From Eledone cirrhosa (taxonomy: Eukaryota), in contig OZ024744.1 in NCBI GenBank assembly GCA_964016885.1, positions 74,524,001 through 74,588,000 of the forward strand: a DNA stretch of 64,000 nt, given 5' to 3'. The notes under the pieces are model-generated. The model was given only the letters and a program-made list of their open reading frames with translations, made no database searches and was not told the DNA's origin. A program made the position numbers and the translations under genes. This document shows, in pieces, positions 1 through 11,414 of the stretch (within the stretch, counting starts at the first letter, position 1; every line of letters begins with the position of its first letter).

Positions 1-1619
1 AGCAACAACAACAACAATGACATTATAAAAATCCCCCTCAGTTTCGCCAGAGTAGCAAAACAGTTCGAAGCATTTACGGTAACTCAGGAGGATTTAGAAA
101 ATGCCAAACAAATGGTAAAGAAAGATGGGTACAGGGTCAGCCTCCCCCCCCCCCCCCCACCTAATAAAATGGAGCATCGGCGCCTATGCACCGTGTCGTA
201 TAGAACAATAAATGTAAAATCGCGCCGAGTGGAACGGGAATCCGAGTCCCAAATCCAAAAAGCTTTGGGACATGTGTGGGCAAGAAAAACCCACATCAGA
301 CGTGGGCAAAAGTATGGAACCGTGGGCGTATTCTTTGAAACACCAGAGGAGGCTAGAAAACACTCCATGGCCCCATTAAGAAGTGACGACTTCACACTCG
401 TCCCAAGCTATGGTGGCCAGAGACTCGTAAAGATCAGGGTGACCCACGTTCCACCGGCCATCGAAATTCCCTGGCTAATAGCGGATGTCCTCGCCGGCAA
501 CGAAGCCAACACGAAAATAATAGCAATAGCAAAAGAAAAGCAGGAGAACTGGTCCGGATCTGGGATGGAGCTCCTGATCCAAGCGGACCAAAAAAGCATT
601 GAGGAGATCCCAGAGGTAATAGACCTCACTGACGGCAGCCACCTCACAGTAATTGTCGAGGGCAGAAGACCTATGTGTGTCGTTTGTGGTGAAGGAACCC
701 ACCTAAGGGCTTTCTGCCCTCAGGCTAAAAGGTTGAGGCCACCTCTCCTACCCACCCCAGTGACACAACCATCAACACCACCAGTAGCAGAGATGGCAGC
801 AACAAATGTAGCAGCAACAACAGTAGCAACTATAACAGCAACAACCCCAGCAACAGTAGCAAAACCAACACCACCACCACCACCACCAGCAAAACCAACA
901 CCACCACCACCCAACGCTTCATAACTAGCACCAGCGCCTACACCATCCACCACGCCACAACCAAAACTAACGGCTGTGGAGGATTTTCCACTCCCCGGCC
1001 TATCACAACTGGAGACAGATTGTGACGACGAGGAGTGGGAAACGATATACGGAAAAAAAAAGAAACCAAAAAAGAAAAAAATTCTCTTCCTTCCCCCTCC
1101 AAAAACAAAATACAGAGGGAAACAAATAAATTAAGAAACAAAAAAGTTAGGACAGATATGCCACCATCCACACCAGCATCACCAACCCCATCAACCCAAA
1201 CACCAACACCATCACCATCATTAACCCCAACACCACCATCACCTACACCACAAAAGTCACCAAAATGCGAAACAGAAACAAACCCACAACAAACGCAAAC
1301 AAAACAAAACAACCAAAACGATACACACTACACAGCATTAAATTTGAACAACAAGCAATTATTACACTACATCCAACACAACACCAGCATCACAGAAAAA
1401 GACTACACAACAACCCCAAAATTCACACCACCTCCACAGATACAAATCACTCGCATCACATAGAAAACGTACATGACACTAAAACAAAAATTCCCCAAAG
1501 ACATCGGAGACTTCCGACAAGCACTCTCCAGGAGGATTTATAAGGACATCCTTCCTGAGAAGGCCACAAGCAGTGAAAAGGATGGAAAAACCGTCTTTCC
1601 CCTACGAGAAGTAAGGTAA
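1..1619 (+). pseudogene. Tx1 ORF1 (variant type), broken by stops/frameshifts
   Basis: ORF fragments 112-924, 1035-1463 align by eye to the ORF1 of other copies (CTVSYRT, VKSRRVERE, HLRAFC, HYIQHNT) but are clearly diverged. Confidence 0.8.
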
Positions 1620-1653
1620 GTGGTCTTTCCCATCTTTTCCACTCCTTTTCAAC

Positions 1654-4600
1654 ATGACCTCACTCAGAATAGGCAGCATAAATGCGCGTGGCTTGGGGTC
1701 GTCATGGAAGCAGGGCCACCTGCTCAACGACGTCAGGTCACTAAACATAGATGTAGTGGCCATCAGCGAGACCAGAATCTCCGAAGCACAGGCTTTCGCA
1801 CCGATCTTTGGCGGCTACGATGTGTACGCATCTCCCAGCCGTCCGGGATCGGGGGAGGAGTTGCTGTGCTTTTTCGGAGAGGTTTGGATCTTGCCATACG
1901 GGCCATCTTCCTGGACCCAGAAGGTAAGTTGGTGGTGCTGGACGTGACCAGCGGAGACGGGCAAGCTTTCAGGTTAGTGGCCGTCTATGCCCCGACAGGA
2001 GCAGGGCGGCCTGATTTCTTCCGGCGTCTGGAGACCTTTCTTGGAACGTCCCGCTCTTTAATGTTAGTGGGCGACTGGAACGGGATCTTAGATGCACGCT
2101 GGGATTGTGTGGGATTAGTGGATAGGGAAGGAGGGTGCAAGAGTCTCACCAACCCGCTCAGACATTTTGAACTGTCTGACAGGTACCGAATGGATTTCCC
2201 GAATGTACCAATGTTGACTTGGACAAATCGTATAGGGTCATCCAGATCATATCTAGATAGAGTATTTTGTAGGGAAATAGATAGGTCTAGCATAGGCTGT
2301 CCACAATTCAAGATAGTCAGCTACACGGACCACAAATTCGTGATCTGTGTGCTTGACTTAGATAGGCTTCATAGACGAGGACCCGGCTACTGGAAGCTAA
2401 ACGCGTCCTTACCAGCGCGCAAGGCCTACAGAGACCGGATTAGCGAACTAGTTAAGCGGGCGTTGACGGGGGCCATCGTCAACAACAAGTGGTGGTTTGC
2501 TCTGAAAAGAGCAATTAGAATAGAGTCCATTAGGTTTAGTAAGACTTTAGCAATAGAGAAAAATAGAGCAGAGGGAGAATTAGTTAGAAAATTAGATGAG
2601 GCGCTTAGCAAAGGCATCGCGACCGACGTACTTGCGGCGAAATTGGCCCTTGACCAATTCTTCAATGCAAAGCACGAAGGCTGCGTTGTCAGAGCTAGGG
2701 TGCGTGCTCTCAGACACGAGGGGACGAAAGCCGTTCAATGGGCCCGAGTGGCGGAGGCGCGTCGTGGCAACAAAGCCAGGATCCGGTCTTTGGTGGACCA
2801 CGACGGGCGCATGCTACTCGATCCCGGGCAAATGTGTGAAGCTTTTCAGCGACACTTCGCTCAACTGTTCGGGGGCAGTGGCGGGCCGGATCGAGGGATG
2901 GACTTTAGTGTCTACCTCGACGGACTGCCGCGGCTTTCGGCCACTGAGGCGGAGTGTTGCGAAAAGCCGATAACAACCGCTGAAGTACGGGATGCAATGA
3001 CTAGTTGCACAAGGGGCAAATCGCCTGGTTTGGATGGTCTGCCCTATGAACTTTACGTACAAATGCCAAACTTGTTCGGAGGCCTCTTGGCGGACGTCTA
3101 CTGCAACTGGCAACAGAACGGGAGAATTCCCAGCTCTGTGAGCCGAGGAGCGGTGGCGCTGCTGAGAAAGGATCCGAACAAGGGGGATAACATAGATAAT
3201 TTTAGGCCCATAACTCTGCTAAACACAGAGTTCAAGATTTTGGCCAAGGTGCTAGCAAAGAGGTTGGCGCTTGTCGTTGGTGGTCTGGTGGGAGAGGCAC
3301 AGACATGCGCCATTCCCGACAGATCCATCCACGACAACCTCCACCTCATGCGATACATCGTAGAGAGGGTAGCTAAGGAACCTGGCACGGGTGGGTCTTT
3401 GATCAATTTAGATCAGTCGAAAGCCTTCGATAGGGTCGACCATCGTTACCTAGCGGCAGTCCTGAAGGCGGCTGGCTTTGGGCCCGTCTACAGAGGCTGG
3501 ATCGCTGCCATGCACAGCGACATCTGCTCTGTAGTGAGAGTGAACGGTCACCTTTCGGAACCGTTCAACATCATGCGCTCGGTTCGCCAAGGATGTCCCC
3601 TCTCGTCCCTATTGTACGTATTGACTCTCGAGCCATTACTGCACAAACTGGAGACGTTGAGGGGGGTCCCGCGCGAACTAGGATGCGGAAGATCCGTGTC
3701 AGCATATGCCGACGATGTCACCGTAGTGGTGTCGAGCACCAAACACATCGAGGCGATCGGCACTACACTAAGAGAATACTAAGCGGTGACAGGAGCAATG
3801 ATCAACCAGGAAAAGTCAGTGGGCCTGCAGCTCGGTACCTGCAGAGGCAGGTCCATGCCGTCCAACAGCGTCGTCGGGCGCTGGACGGACGGACCGGTTA
3901 AATTGTTAGGGGTCTGGTTCGGTCCAGACCTCCAGACGGACAAAAACTGGGACGAGGTGACGAGCAGGGTGGCTTCTCTCACCCAGAAATGGGCCGAGAG
4001 GAAGCTATCCCTGAAAGGTCGAGCGGAGGTGGCGAATGCGTACATCGCATCCGTCATCTACTACCGCCTGACCGTCGTACCTTGTCCTAAGCCCCGCCTG
4101 ACTGCGCTGGAGCGTTTGCTCTTTCGCTTCTTGTGGAAGGGACGCGCTCCGATGGTCAGGCGGTCCATCTGCTGTCAACACCCGCTACGTGGAGGGCTGG
4201 GCATGCCGTGGCTGATGATGCGCAGACACGCGCTCAGGCTACGACATCTCCACCTCTTCCTCGACGGTGATCAGGTGTGGTCGCCGTTTGCAAGACACGT
4301 TTTTCCCCAGCTCGTCTCCTTGACGGAGCTGCAGTCCTGGGTCAAGCGAAGACCGAGAGGCAGCGCTTGGAGACTGGAATGTCTTCAGGCGCTCACAGCC
4401 CTCGACCAATCGGGCAATGTGATCGGTGGAAACTCCACCTTGGCGTTCTATAGGGGATTAGTGGAGGGGAAGAGCGACGACGTACTTGGAGAAACTCTAG
4501 GCGTCGACGAAAATCAACTAGCCAATCTCTTCGGAAGGACTTTCGGGCTGGGGCCTATGGACAACTTCCAGAAATCCCTGGCCTGGCAGTGCTACCGAGG

Positions 4601-5072
4601 AGCTTTGCCAGTTCGGGATAAACTCTACAGGCATGGAGGTGCCGTCAGCCGGGCATGTCCGAGATGCGCGCAGGGCGACGAAACCGTCCTGCACGCACTC
4701 GTCCAGTGTCCGAGCATTGCTGACTTGTGGGTTTATGTCGAACACCTGCTGTCACGTGTAGGACCTATCCAGCTATCAGCTGAGTCCACCGTGAGGATTG
4801 CCCCGCCCCCTTCCTTTAGCCTGGAAGGGCAGGCAGTTTTTATCTGTCTGGTGGCCATGGCGAAAGAGATAGTATGGTGGACACGTTTGAAAGGGCTGAA
4901 GACGAGCACTTACCTCTTCGGTGATGCCCTGATTAACTTTTTCAAATTTCATTTGAAAAGGAAAATCAGGGTAGAGAGGGAACTGCTCTCTTCCCAGCAT
5001 TTTGTTGAAAGATGGGTGAGAGAAGCAAGTATGGCCCGAATGAATGGGCCTTCTCTGAGTATGTGTCTGTAA
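1654..5072 (+). pseudogene. Tx1 ORF2 with frameshift (~1850) and TAA stop (3780-3782)
   Basis: Pieces 1654-1947, 1620-3782 and 3786-5072 are nearly identical to intact ORF2 7687-11106. Confidence 0.92.
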
Positions 5073-5314
5073 ATTAAAGGTGGAAAACTGGGAGAGGGCA
5101 CTTGCCCTGGTGGTCAGGGCCACTGTGGTCTTTTAATGGGCTTTCTCCACAAATGTCCCTTGGAAGTCTCCCCCCTATTGGGGAATTTTTCTTTGTTATT
5201 TTATTTCAACCTCTGTTTTTTTACACGCAGAAATGCCCATTTGTACCGTCCTGTATTGTCCTGTACTGTCCTTAATGTCTACTTTATGTGAACCCTTGTG
5301 GTTAATAAAGAAAA

Positions 5315-5315
<1 letters not shown>

Positions 5316-5345
<30 letters not shown>
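5316..5345 (+). repeat. (ATT)n tract: tail of Tx1 copy 1 and target of copy 2
   Basis: Pure ATT run between the 3' end of copy 1 and GAATGCC start of copy 2. Confidence 0.95.
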
Positions 5346-5558
5346 GAATGCCATGGTTGACGGAGGCTCGGCTCTGTAAGGTATAGTAATTTTTAACCGT
5401 TAAAACAATTGTAAATTGTTTAAAACTTGAACCAAATTGTTGATAAAGACACCCTCCTCCTCGTGAGAGGGGTCTTTCTGTCCGTTATTTGGCCCTTCGG
5501 GGTTAAATAACCAGTTATTGGGGTTTTGTACCCAAAATTTCATTTTAAACAAAAAAAC

Positions 5559-7651
5559 ATGGCTACCAAAAAGAAATTCCATACGTCACTCCCACTCATT
5601 CCGTCTTCTTCTTCCTCAATCATCACTACAGCAGAGAGAAGATTGTCTCTCTCCCTCCCTTCTTTAAATGTGTCTCTCTCCCTCCCTTCTCTTTCGCAAG
5701 CGACGAAAGAAAAGAAAAGTCTCGTGCAAAGCGTGCAAGGTTTCTCCACGACGACGACGACAGCGACGAAACAGGTGTGCGGGAAATACGAAAACCCAGT
5801 TCATTCGTCTGACGTCAGGAATAATAGCAGTAGCAGCCGTAATAACAACAGCAACAGTGACAATGAAAACAACAGTAGCAGCCGCAACAGCATCACCAGC
5901 AGCATAAACAACAACAGCATTAGCAGCAGCAACACCAACAACAACCACAGCAACAGCGGCGGAGGCAGTAGTCGTAGTACCTGCAGCAACAAAAGTACCA
6001 GCAGCTCTGACGACAACAACAACAGCAGAGAAAAACCAATCTCATTTGCAGGTATTGCGAAAAACTTGGAAACAATCCTCATAACAAATGAGGAATTAGA
6101 GGAAGCGAAGAAGATGGTGACAAAGAACGGACACCGAGCAATCTGCAAGGCAGCGAAAAATTTTTTCGAAACCCAAGAGCACTGTACGGTCACGTACCGT
6201 ACAGTAAGTACAAAATCCCGTAGGGTGGAAAGAGCCACAGAGGCCCAAATACAAAAAGCCTTGGGGTCTGTGTGGCAGAGGAAAAACACATCACCCGAGG
6301 CAAAAAATACGCCACCGTAGACGTACTTTTTGCCACACCCCAGGAGGCAAAGGCCCAATCAGTAGTGACCCTAAGGAGCGAGGAAATGGTGTTGGTGCCC
6401 TCCTACTGCGGGCAAAAAATTGTGAGGGTCAAACTGACCCACGTCCCCCCCGGAATGACCCCTTCTTGGCTGGCCGCGTCTGTCCTCGTCGGAATCGAGG
6501 ACAAAACAACTGTACTGCAAGTACAGAAAAAAGTAAGAGAAGATTGGGTCGGCTCCTCCATTGAGATGCTAATCCAAACCAACCAGGAGTGCATCGAAGC
6601 TATCCCGGATGTGATAGACTTCGATAACGGCACTCAACTGCCCATAAGTGTTGAGGGCAAACGCCCGAAATGCTTTCGCTGTGGATCGAAGACTCACCTC
6701 AGGGCCTTCTGCAACGAGAAGACCCTGAGAAAGGAGAAAACCCCCCTCCTTCCGAATCCGGCTCCACGGCTACCAGCAACAGGACAAGCGGCAACCAGGA
6801 ACGATAGGTCCGTGGCACCCATACCCACTCCACGGAAATCAAAGACAGCAGCAGCAGTGGAAATATTAACAACAACAACAGCAATACCAAATGCAGCTGC
6901 AACAGAGACTCCAGTGCAAACATCACCAACAACAACAAGTGAAAGAGTGGAGCTGGTACCCCTCCCCGACCTTACAGAATCAGACATGGAGTGTGAGGTG
7001 GGAGAGGGATGGCAAAAGGTCGCAAGAAGGCACAAACGCAGAAGCAGCGCATCGTCGCCTTTGAAAAGGGAGGAAAGAAATGAGAAAAGGGTAAAGTCTA
7101 CTGCAAAGAGACCCACAGCAGCAACACCACCAACACCATCACCACCCACACCAGCACCACCATCACCACCGGCGACAACCCCACCGCCAACAACACCTTC
7201 AACACCACCACCACAAGCACCAACATCGCAAACACAACAACAAAACACACACACCCAGCAACAACGACAAGAAAATAGCAGAACCACACCCCACCCCCAG
7301 AAAAACAAATGCACGGCAATAAACACACACAACAAGAAACTAATGACTTACATAATTGAACACACAGACATTTCACAACAGGACTACATAATACCAGCAC
7401 CAATCAAAACGCCAACTAACATAAGACTGCTAAAAATAGCACAGAAACAATACACAAATATTAAAACGAAATTCCCCAACGCAGTTGGTGATTTCAGGGA
7501 CCTAGGAGGAACCATCAATCGAAGAGTATACTCAGATATTCTCTTAGAAGAGCCGACGACCAGCCGAAGGGACGATTCAACGGTCCCTTCACCAGACGAT
7601 CAAGTGAAAAGGGATGTAAAAACCATCCCTCCTCTACCAAAAGTACGGTAA
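5559..7651 (+). pseudogene. Tx1 ORF1 (~700 aa when repaired), 1-nt deletion near 6285
   Basis: MATKKKFH start, Asn/Ser-rich tract, CFRCGSKTHLRAFC (CX2CX4HX4C), Pro/Thr-rich tract; other copies read WQRKTHITRG continuously across the lesion. Confidence 0.85.
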
Positions 7652-7686
7652 GTGGTCTTTCCCATCTTTTCCACTCTATTTTAAAC

Positions 7687-10600
7687 ATGACCTCACTCAG
7701 AATAGGCAGCATAAATGCGCGTGGCTTGGGGTCGTCATGGAAGCAGGGTCACCTGCTCAACGACCTCAGGTCACTAAACATAGATGTAGTGGCCATCAGC
7801 GAGACCAGAATCTCCGAAGCACGGGCCTTCGCACCGATCTTCGGCGGCTACGATGTGTACGCATCTCCCAGCCGTCCTGGATCGGGTGGAGGAGTTGCTG
7901 TGCTTTTTCGGAGAGGTTTGGATCTCGCCATACGGGCCATCTTCCTGGACCCAGAGGGTAAGCTGGTGGTGCTGGACGTGACCAGCGGAGACGGGCAAGC
8001 TTTCAGGCTAGTGGCCGTCTATGCCCCGACAGGAGCAGGGCGGCCTGATTTCTTCCGGCGTCTGGAGACCTTTCTTGGAACGTCCCGCTCTTTAGTGTTA
8101 GTGGGCGACTGGAACGGGATCTTAGATGCACGCTGGGACTGTGTGGGATTAGCGGATAGGGGTGGAGGGTGCAAGAGCCTCACCAACCTGCTCAGGCGTT
8201 TTGAACTGTCTGACAGGTACCGATTGGATTTCCCGAATGTGCCAATGTGGACTTGGACAAACCGCATAGGGTCATCCAGATCATATCTAGATAGAGTATT
8301 TTGTAAGGAAATAGATAGGTCTAGCATAGGCTGTCCACAATTCAAGATAGTCAGCTACACGGACCACAAATTCGTGACCTGTGTGCTTGACTTAGATAGG
8401 CTTCATAGACGAGGACCCGGCTACTGGAAGCTAAACGCGTCCTTACCAGCGCGCAAGGCCTACAGAGACCGGATTAGCGAACTAGTTAAGCGGGCGTTGA
8501 CGGGGGCCATCGTCAACAACAAGTGGTGGTTTGCTCTGAAAAGAGCGATTAGAATAGAATCGATTAGGTTTAGTAAGGCTTTAGCAATAGAGAAAAATAG
8601 AGCAGAGGGAGAACTAGTTAGAAAATTAGACGAGGCGCTTAGCAAAGGCATTGCGACCGACGTGCTTGCGGCGAAATTGGCCCTTGACCAATTCTTCAAT
8701 GCAAAGCACGAAGGCTGCGTTGTCAGAGCTAGGGTGCGTGCTCTCAGACACGAGGGGACGAAAGCCGTTCAATGGGCCCGAGTTGCGGAGGCGCGTCGTG
8801 GCAACAAAGCCACGATCCGGTCTTTGGTGGACCACGACGGGCGCATGCTACTCGATCCCGGGCAAATGTGTGAAGCTTTTCAGCGACACTTCGCTCAGCT
8901 GTTCGGGGGCAGCGGGGGGCCGGGTAGAGGGATGGACTTTAGTGTCTACCTCGACGGACTGCCGCGGCTCTCGGCCACTGAGGCGAGGTGTTGCGAAAAG
9001 CCGATAACAGCCGCTGAAGTACGGGAGGCAATGACTGGCTGCACAAGGGGTAAATCGCCTGGTTTGGATGGTCTGCCCTATGAACTTTACGTGCAGATGC
9101 CAGACTTGTTCGGAGGCCTCTTGGCGGACGTCTACTGCAACTGGCAACAGAACGGGACAATTCCCAGTTCTGTGAGCCGAGGAGCGGTGGCACTGCTGAG
9201 AAAGGATCCGAACAAGGGGGATAACATAGACAATTTCCGGCCCATAACTCTGCTAAACACAGAGTTTAAGATTTTGGCCAAGGTGCTAGCAAAGAGGTTG
9301 GCGCTTGTCGTTGGTGGTCTGGTGGGAGAGGCGCAGACATGCGCCATTCCCGACAGATCCATCCACGACAACCTCCACCTCATGCGATACATCGTAGAGA
9401 GGGTAGCTAGGGAACCTGGCACGGGTGGGTCCTTGATCAATTTAGATCAGTCGAAAGCTTTCGATAGGGTCGACCATCGTTACCTAGCGGCAGTCCTGAG
9501 GGCGGCTGGCTTTGGGCCCGTCTTCAGAGGCTGGATCGCTGCCATGCACAGCGACATCTGCTCTGTGGTGAGAGTGAACGGTCACCTGTCGGAACCGTTC
9601 AACATCATGCGCTCGGTCCGCCAAGGATGTCCCCTCTCGTCCCTCTTGTACGTATTGACTCTCGAGCCATTACTGCACAAACTGGAGACGTTGAGGGGAG
9701 TCCCGCGCGAACTAGGATGCGGAAGATCAGTGTCAGCATATGCGGACGATGTCACCGTAGTGGTGTCGAACGCCAAACACATCGAGGCGATCGGCACTAC
9801 ACTAAGAGAATACGAAGCGGTGACAGGAGCAATGATCAACCAGGAAAAGTCAGTGGGCCTGCAGCTCGGCACCTGGAGAGGCAGGTCCATGCCGTCCAAC
9901 AGCGTCGTCGGGCGCTGGACGGACGGACCGGTTAAATTGCTAGGGGTCTGGTTCGGTCCGGACCTCCAGACGGACAAAAACTGGGACGAGGTGACGAGCA
10001 GGGTGGCTTCTCTCACCCAGAAATGGGCGGAGAGGAAGCTATCCCTGAAAGGTCGAGCGGAGGTGGCGAACGCGTACATCGCGTCTGTCATCTGCTACCG
10101 CCTAACCGTCGTACCTTGTCCTAAGCCTCGCCTGACTGCGCTGGAGCGTTTGCTCTTTCGCTTTTTGTGGAAGGGACGTGCTCCGATGGTCAGGCGGTCC
10201 ATCTGTTGTCAACACCCGCTACGTGGAGGGCTGGGCATGCCGTGGCTGATGATGCGCAGGCACGCGCTCAGGCTACGACATCTCCACCTCTTCCTCGACG
10301 GTGATCAGGTGTGGTCGCCGTTTGCTAGACGCGTTTTTCCCCAGCTCGTTTCCTTAACGGAGCTGCAGTCCTGGGTCAAGCGAAGACCGAGAGGGAGCGC
10401 CTGGAGACTGGAATGTCTTCAGGCGCTCACAGCCCTCGGCCAATCGGGCAATGTGATCGGTGGAAACTCCACCTCGGCGTTCTATAGAGGATTAGTGGAG
10501 GGGAAGAGCGACGACGTACTTGGGGAAACTCTAGGCGTCGACGAAAATCAACTAGCCAATCTCTTCGGAAGAACTTTCGGGCCAGGGCCTATGGACAACT

Positions 10601-11106
10601 TCCAGAAATCTCTGGCCTGGCAGTGCTACCGAGGAGCCTTGCCAGTTCGGGATAAACTCTACAGGCATGGAGGTGCCGTCAGCCGGGCATGTCCGAGATG
10701 CGCGCAGGGCGACGAAACCGTCCTGCACGCACTCGTCCAGTGTCCGAAAATTGCTGACTTGTGGGTTTATGTCGAACACCTGCTGTCGCGTTTAGGACGG
10801 ATCCAGCTATCATCTGAGTCTATCGTGAGGATTGCCCCGCCCTCCTCCTTTAGCCGGGAAGGGCAGGCAGTTTTTATCTGTCTGGTGGCCATGGCGAAAG
10901 AGATAGTATGGTGGACACGTTTGAAAGGGCTGAAGACGAGCACTTACCTCTTCGGTGATGCTCTGATTGACTTTTTCAAATTTCATTTGAAAAGGAAAAT
11001 CAGAGTAGAGAAGGAAGTGCTCTCTTCCCAACATTTTGTTGAAAGATGGGTGAGAGAAGCAAGAATGGCCCGAGTGAATGGGCCGACTCTGAGTATATAT
11101 CTGTAA
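7687..11106 (+). CDS. Tx1 ORF2 polyprotein, 1139 aa: APE endonuclease + reverse transcriptase + C-terminal CCHC finger
   Basis: APE motifs SINARGL, ETR, GDWN, YLDRVF, TDHK; RT motifs KSPGLDG, NFRPITLLN, DQSKAFDRVDH, RQGCPLS, YADD; CPRC-x8-H-x4-C. Confidence 0.96.
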   Translation: MTSLRIGSINARGLGSSWKQGHLLNDLRSLNIDVVAISETRISEARAFAPIFGGYDVYASPSRPGSGGGVAVLFRRGLDLAIRAIFLDPEGKLVVLDVTSGDGQAFRLVAVYAPTGAGRPDFFRRLETFLGTSRSLVLVGDWNGILDARWDCVGLADRGGGCKSLTNLLRRFELSDRYRLDFPNVPMWTWTNRIGSSRSYLDRVFCKEIDRSSIGCPQFKIVSYTDHKFVTCVLDLDRLHRRGPGYWKLNASLPARKAYRDRISELVKRALTGAIVNNKWWFALKRAIRIESIRFSKALAIEKNRAEGELVRKLDEALSKGIATDVLAAKLALDQFFNAKHEGCVVRARVRALRHEGTKAVQWARVAEARRGNKATIRSLVDHDGRMLLDPGQMCEAFQRHFAQLFGGSGGPGRGMDFSVYLDGLPRLSATEARCCEKPITAAEVREAMTGCTRGKSPGLDGLPYELYVQMPDLFGGLLADVYCNWQQNGTIPSSVSRGAVALLRKDPNKGDNIDNFRPITLLNTEFKILAKVLAKRLALVVGGLVGEAQTCAIPDRSIHDNLHLMRYIVERVAREPGTGGSLINLDQSKAFDRVDHRYLAAVLRAAGFGPVFRGWIAAMHSDICSVVRVNGHLSEPFNIMRSVRQGCPLSSLLYVLTLEPLLHKLETLRGVPRELGCGRSVSAYADDVTVVVSNAKHIEAIGTTLREYEAVTGAMINQEKSVGLQLGTWRGRSMPSNSVVGRWTDGPVKLLGVWFGPDLQTDKNWDEVTSRVASLTQKWAERKLSLKGRAEVANAYIASVICYRLTVVPCPKPRLTALERLLFRFLWKGRAPMVRRSICCQHPLRGGLGMPWLMMRRHALRLRHLHLFLDGDQVWSPFARRVFPQLVSLTELQSWVKRRPRGSAWRLECLQALTALGQSGNVIGGNSTSAFYRGLVEGKSDDVLGETLGVDENQLANLFGRTFGPGPMDNFQKSLAWQCYRGALPVRDKLYRHGGAVSRACPRCAQGDETVLHALVQCPKIADLWVYVEHLLSRLGRIQLSSESIVRIAPPSSFSREGQAVFICLVAMAKEIVWWTRLKGLKTSTYLFGDALIDFFKFHLKRKIRVEKEVLSSQHFVERWVREARMARVNGPTLSIYL

Positions 11107-11356
11107 ACTAAAGGTGGAAAACTGGGAGAGGGCACTTGCCTTGGTGGTCAGGGTCATTGTGGCTTTTTACTGGGCTTTCTCCACAAATGTCCCTCCGAAG
11201 TCTCCCCCCTATTGGGGAATTTTTCATTGTTATTTTTTGTTACATCCTCTGTTTTTGTTTTTTACACGCAGAAATGCCCATTTGTACCGTCCTGCATTGT
11301 CCTGCACTGTCCTTAATGTCTACTTTATGTAAACCCCTGTGGTTAATAAAGAAATC

Positions 11357-11414
11357 ATTATTATTATTATTATTATTATTACTATTATTATTATTTTTAT
11401 TATTATTATTGTTG
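11357..11414. repeat. Degenerate (ATT)n tract shared tail-to-tail by Tx1 (+) and Dong-type (-)
   Basis: ATT run with GTT/ACT variants between both 3' ends. Confidence 0.9.

Larger units (their letters stand above)
1..5315 (+). mobile_element. Tx1-clade (L1 group) LINE copy 1; 5' end outside window; variant ORF1, disrupted ORF2
   Basis: ORF1 remnant with CCHC knuckle (CVVCGEGTHLRAFC); ORF2 APE+RT+CCHC; 3' UTR ends AATAAAGAAAAC then (ATT)n at 5316-5345. Confidence 0.92.
5346..11356 (+). mobile_element. Full-length Tx1-clade LINE copy 2 (~6.0 kb)
   Basis: 5' GAATGCCATGGTTGACGG shared with four other copies; ORF1, 35-nt spacer, intact ORF2, 3' UTR ending AATAAAGAAATC-(ATT)n; (ATT)n on both sides. 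Confidence 0.95.

Noticed and set aside
3777-3785. Stop near the same ORF2 position in copies 1 and 3 (20546-20548), suggesting programmed readthrough
   Set aside because: Different codons are mutated (GAA to TAA vs TAC to TAA) and other copies are open
5440-5515. HDV-like ribozyme suggested by CCTCCTCGTG in the Tx1 5' UTR
   Set aside because: Could not assign P1, P1.1, P2 and J4/2; a simple hairpin explains it
6272-6320. Programmed frameshift in ORF1
   Set aside because: Frameshift positions differ between copies; the consensus is one frame
7774-11157. Recurrent antisense and alternative-frame ORFs inside Tx1 ORF2
   Set aside because: They recur only because the copies are near-identical; no recognisable domains
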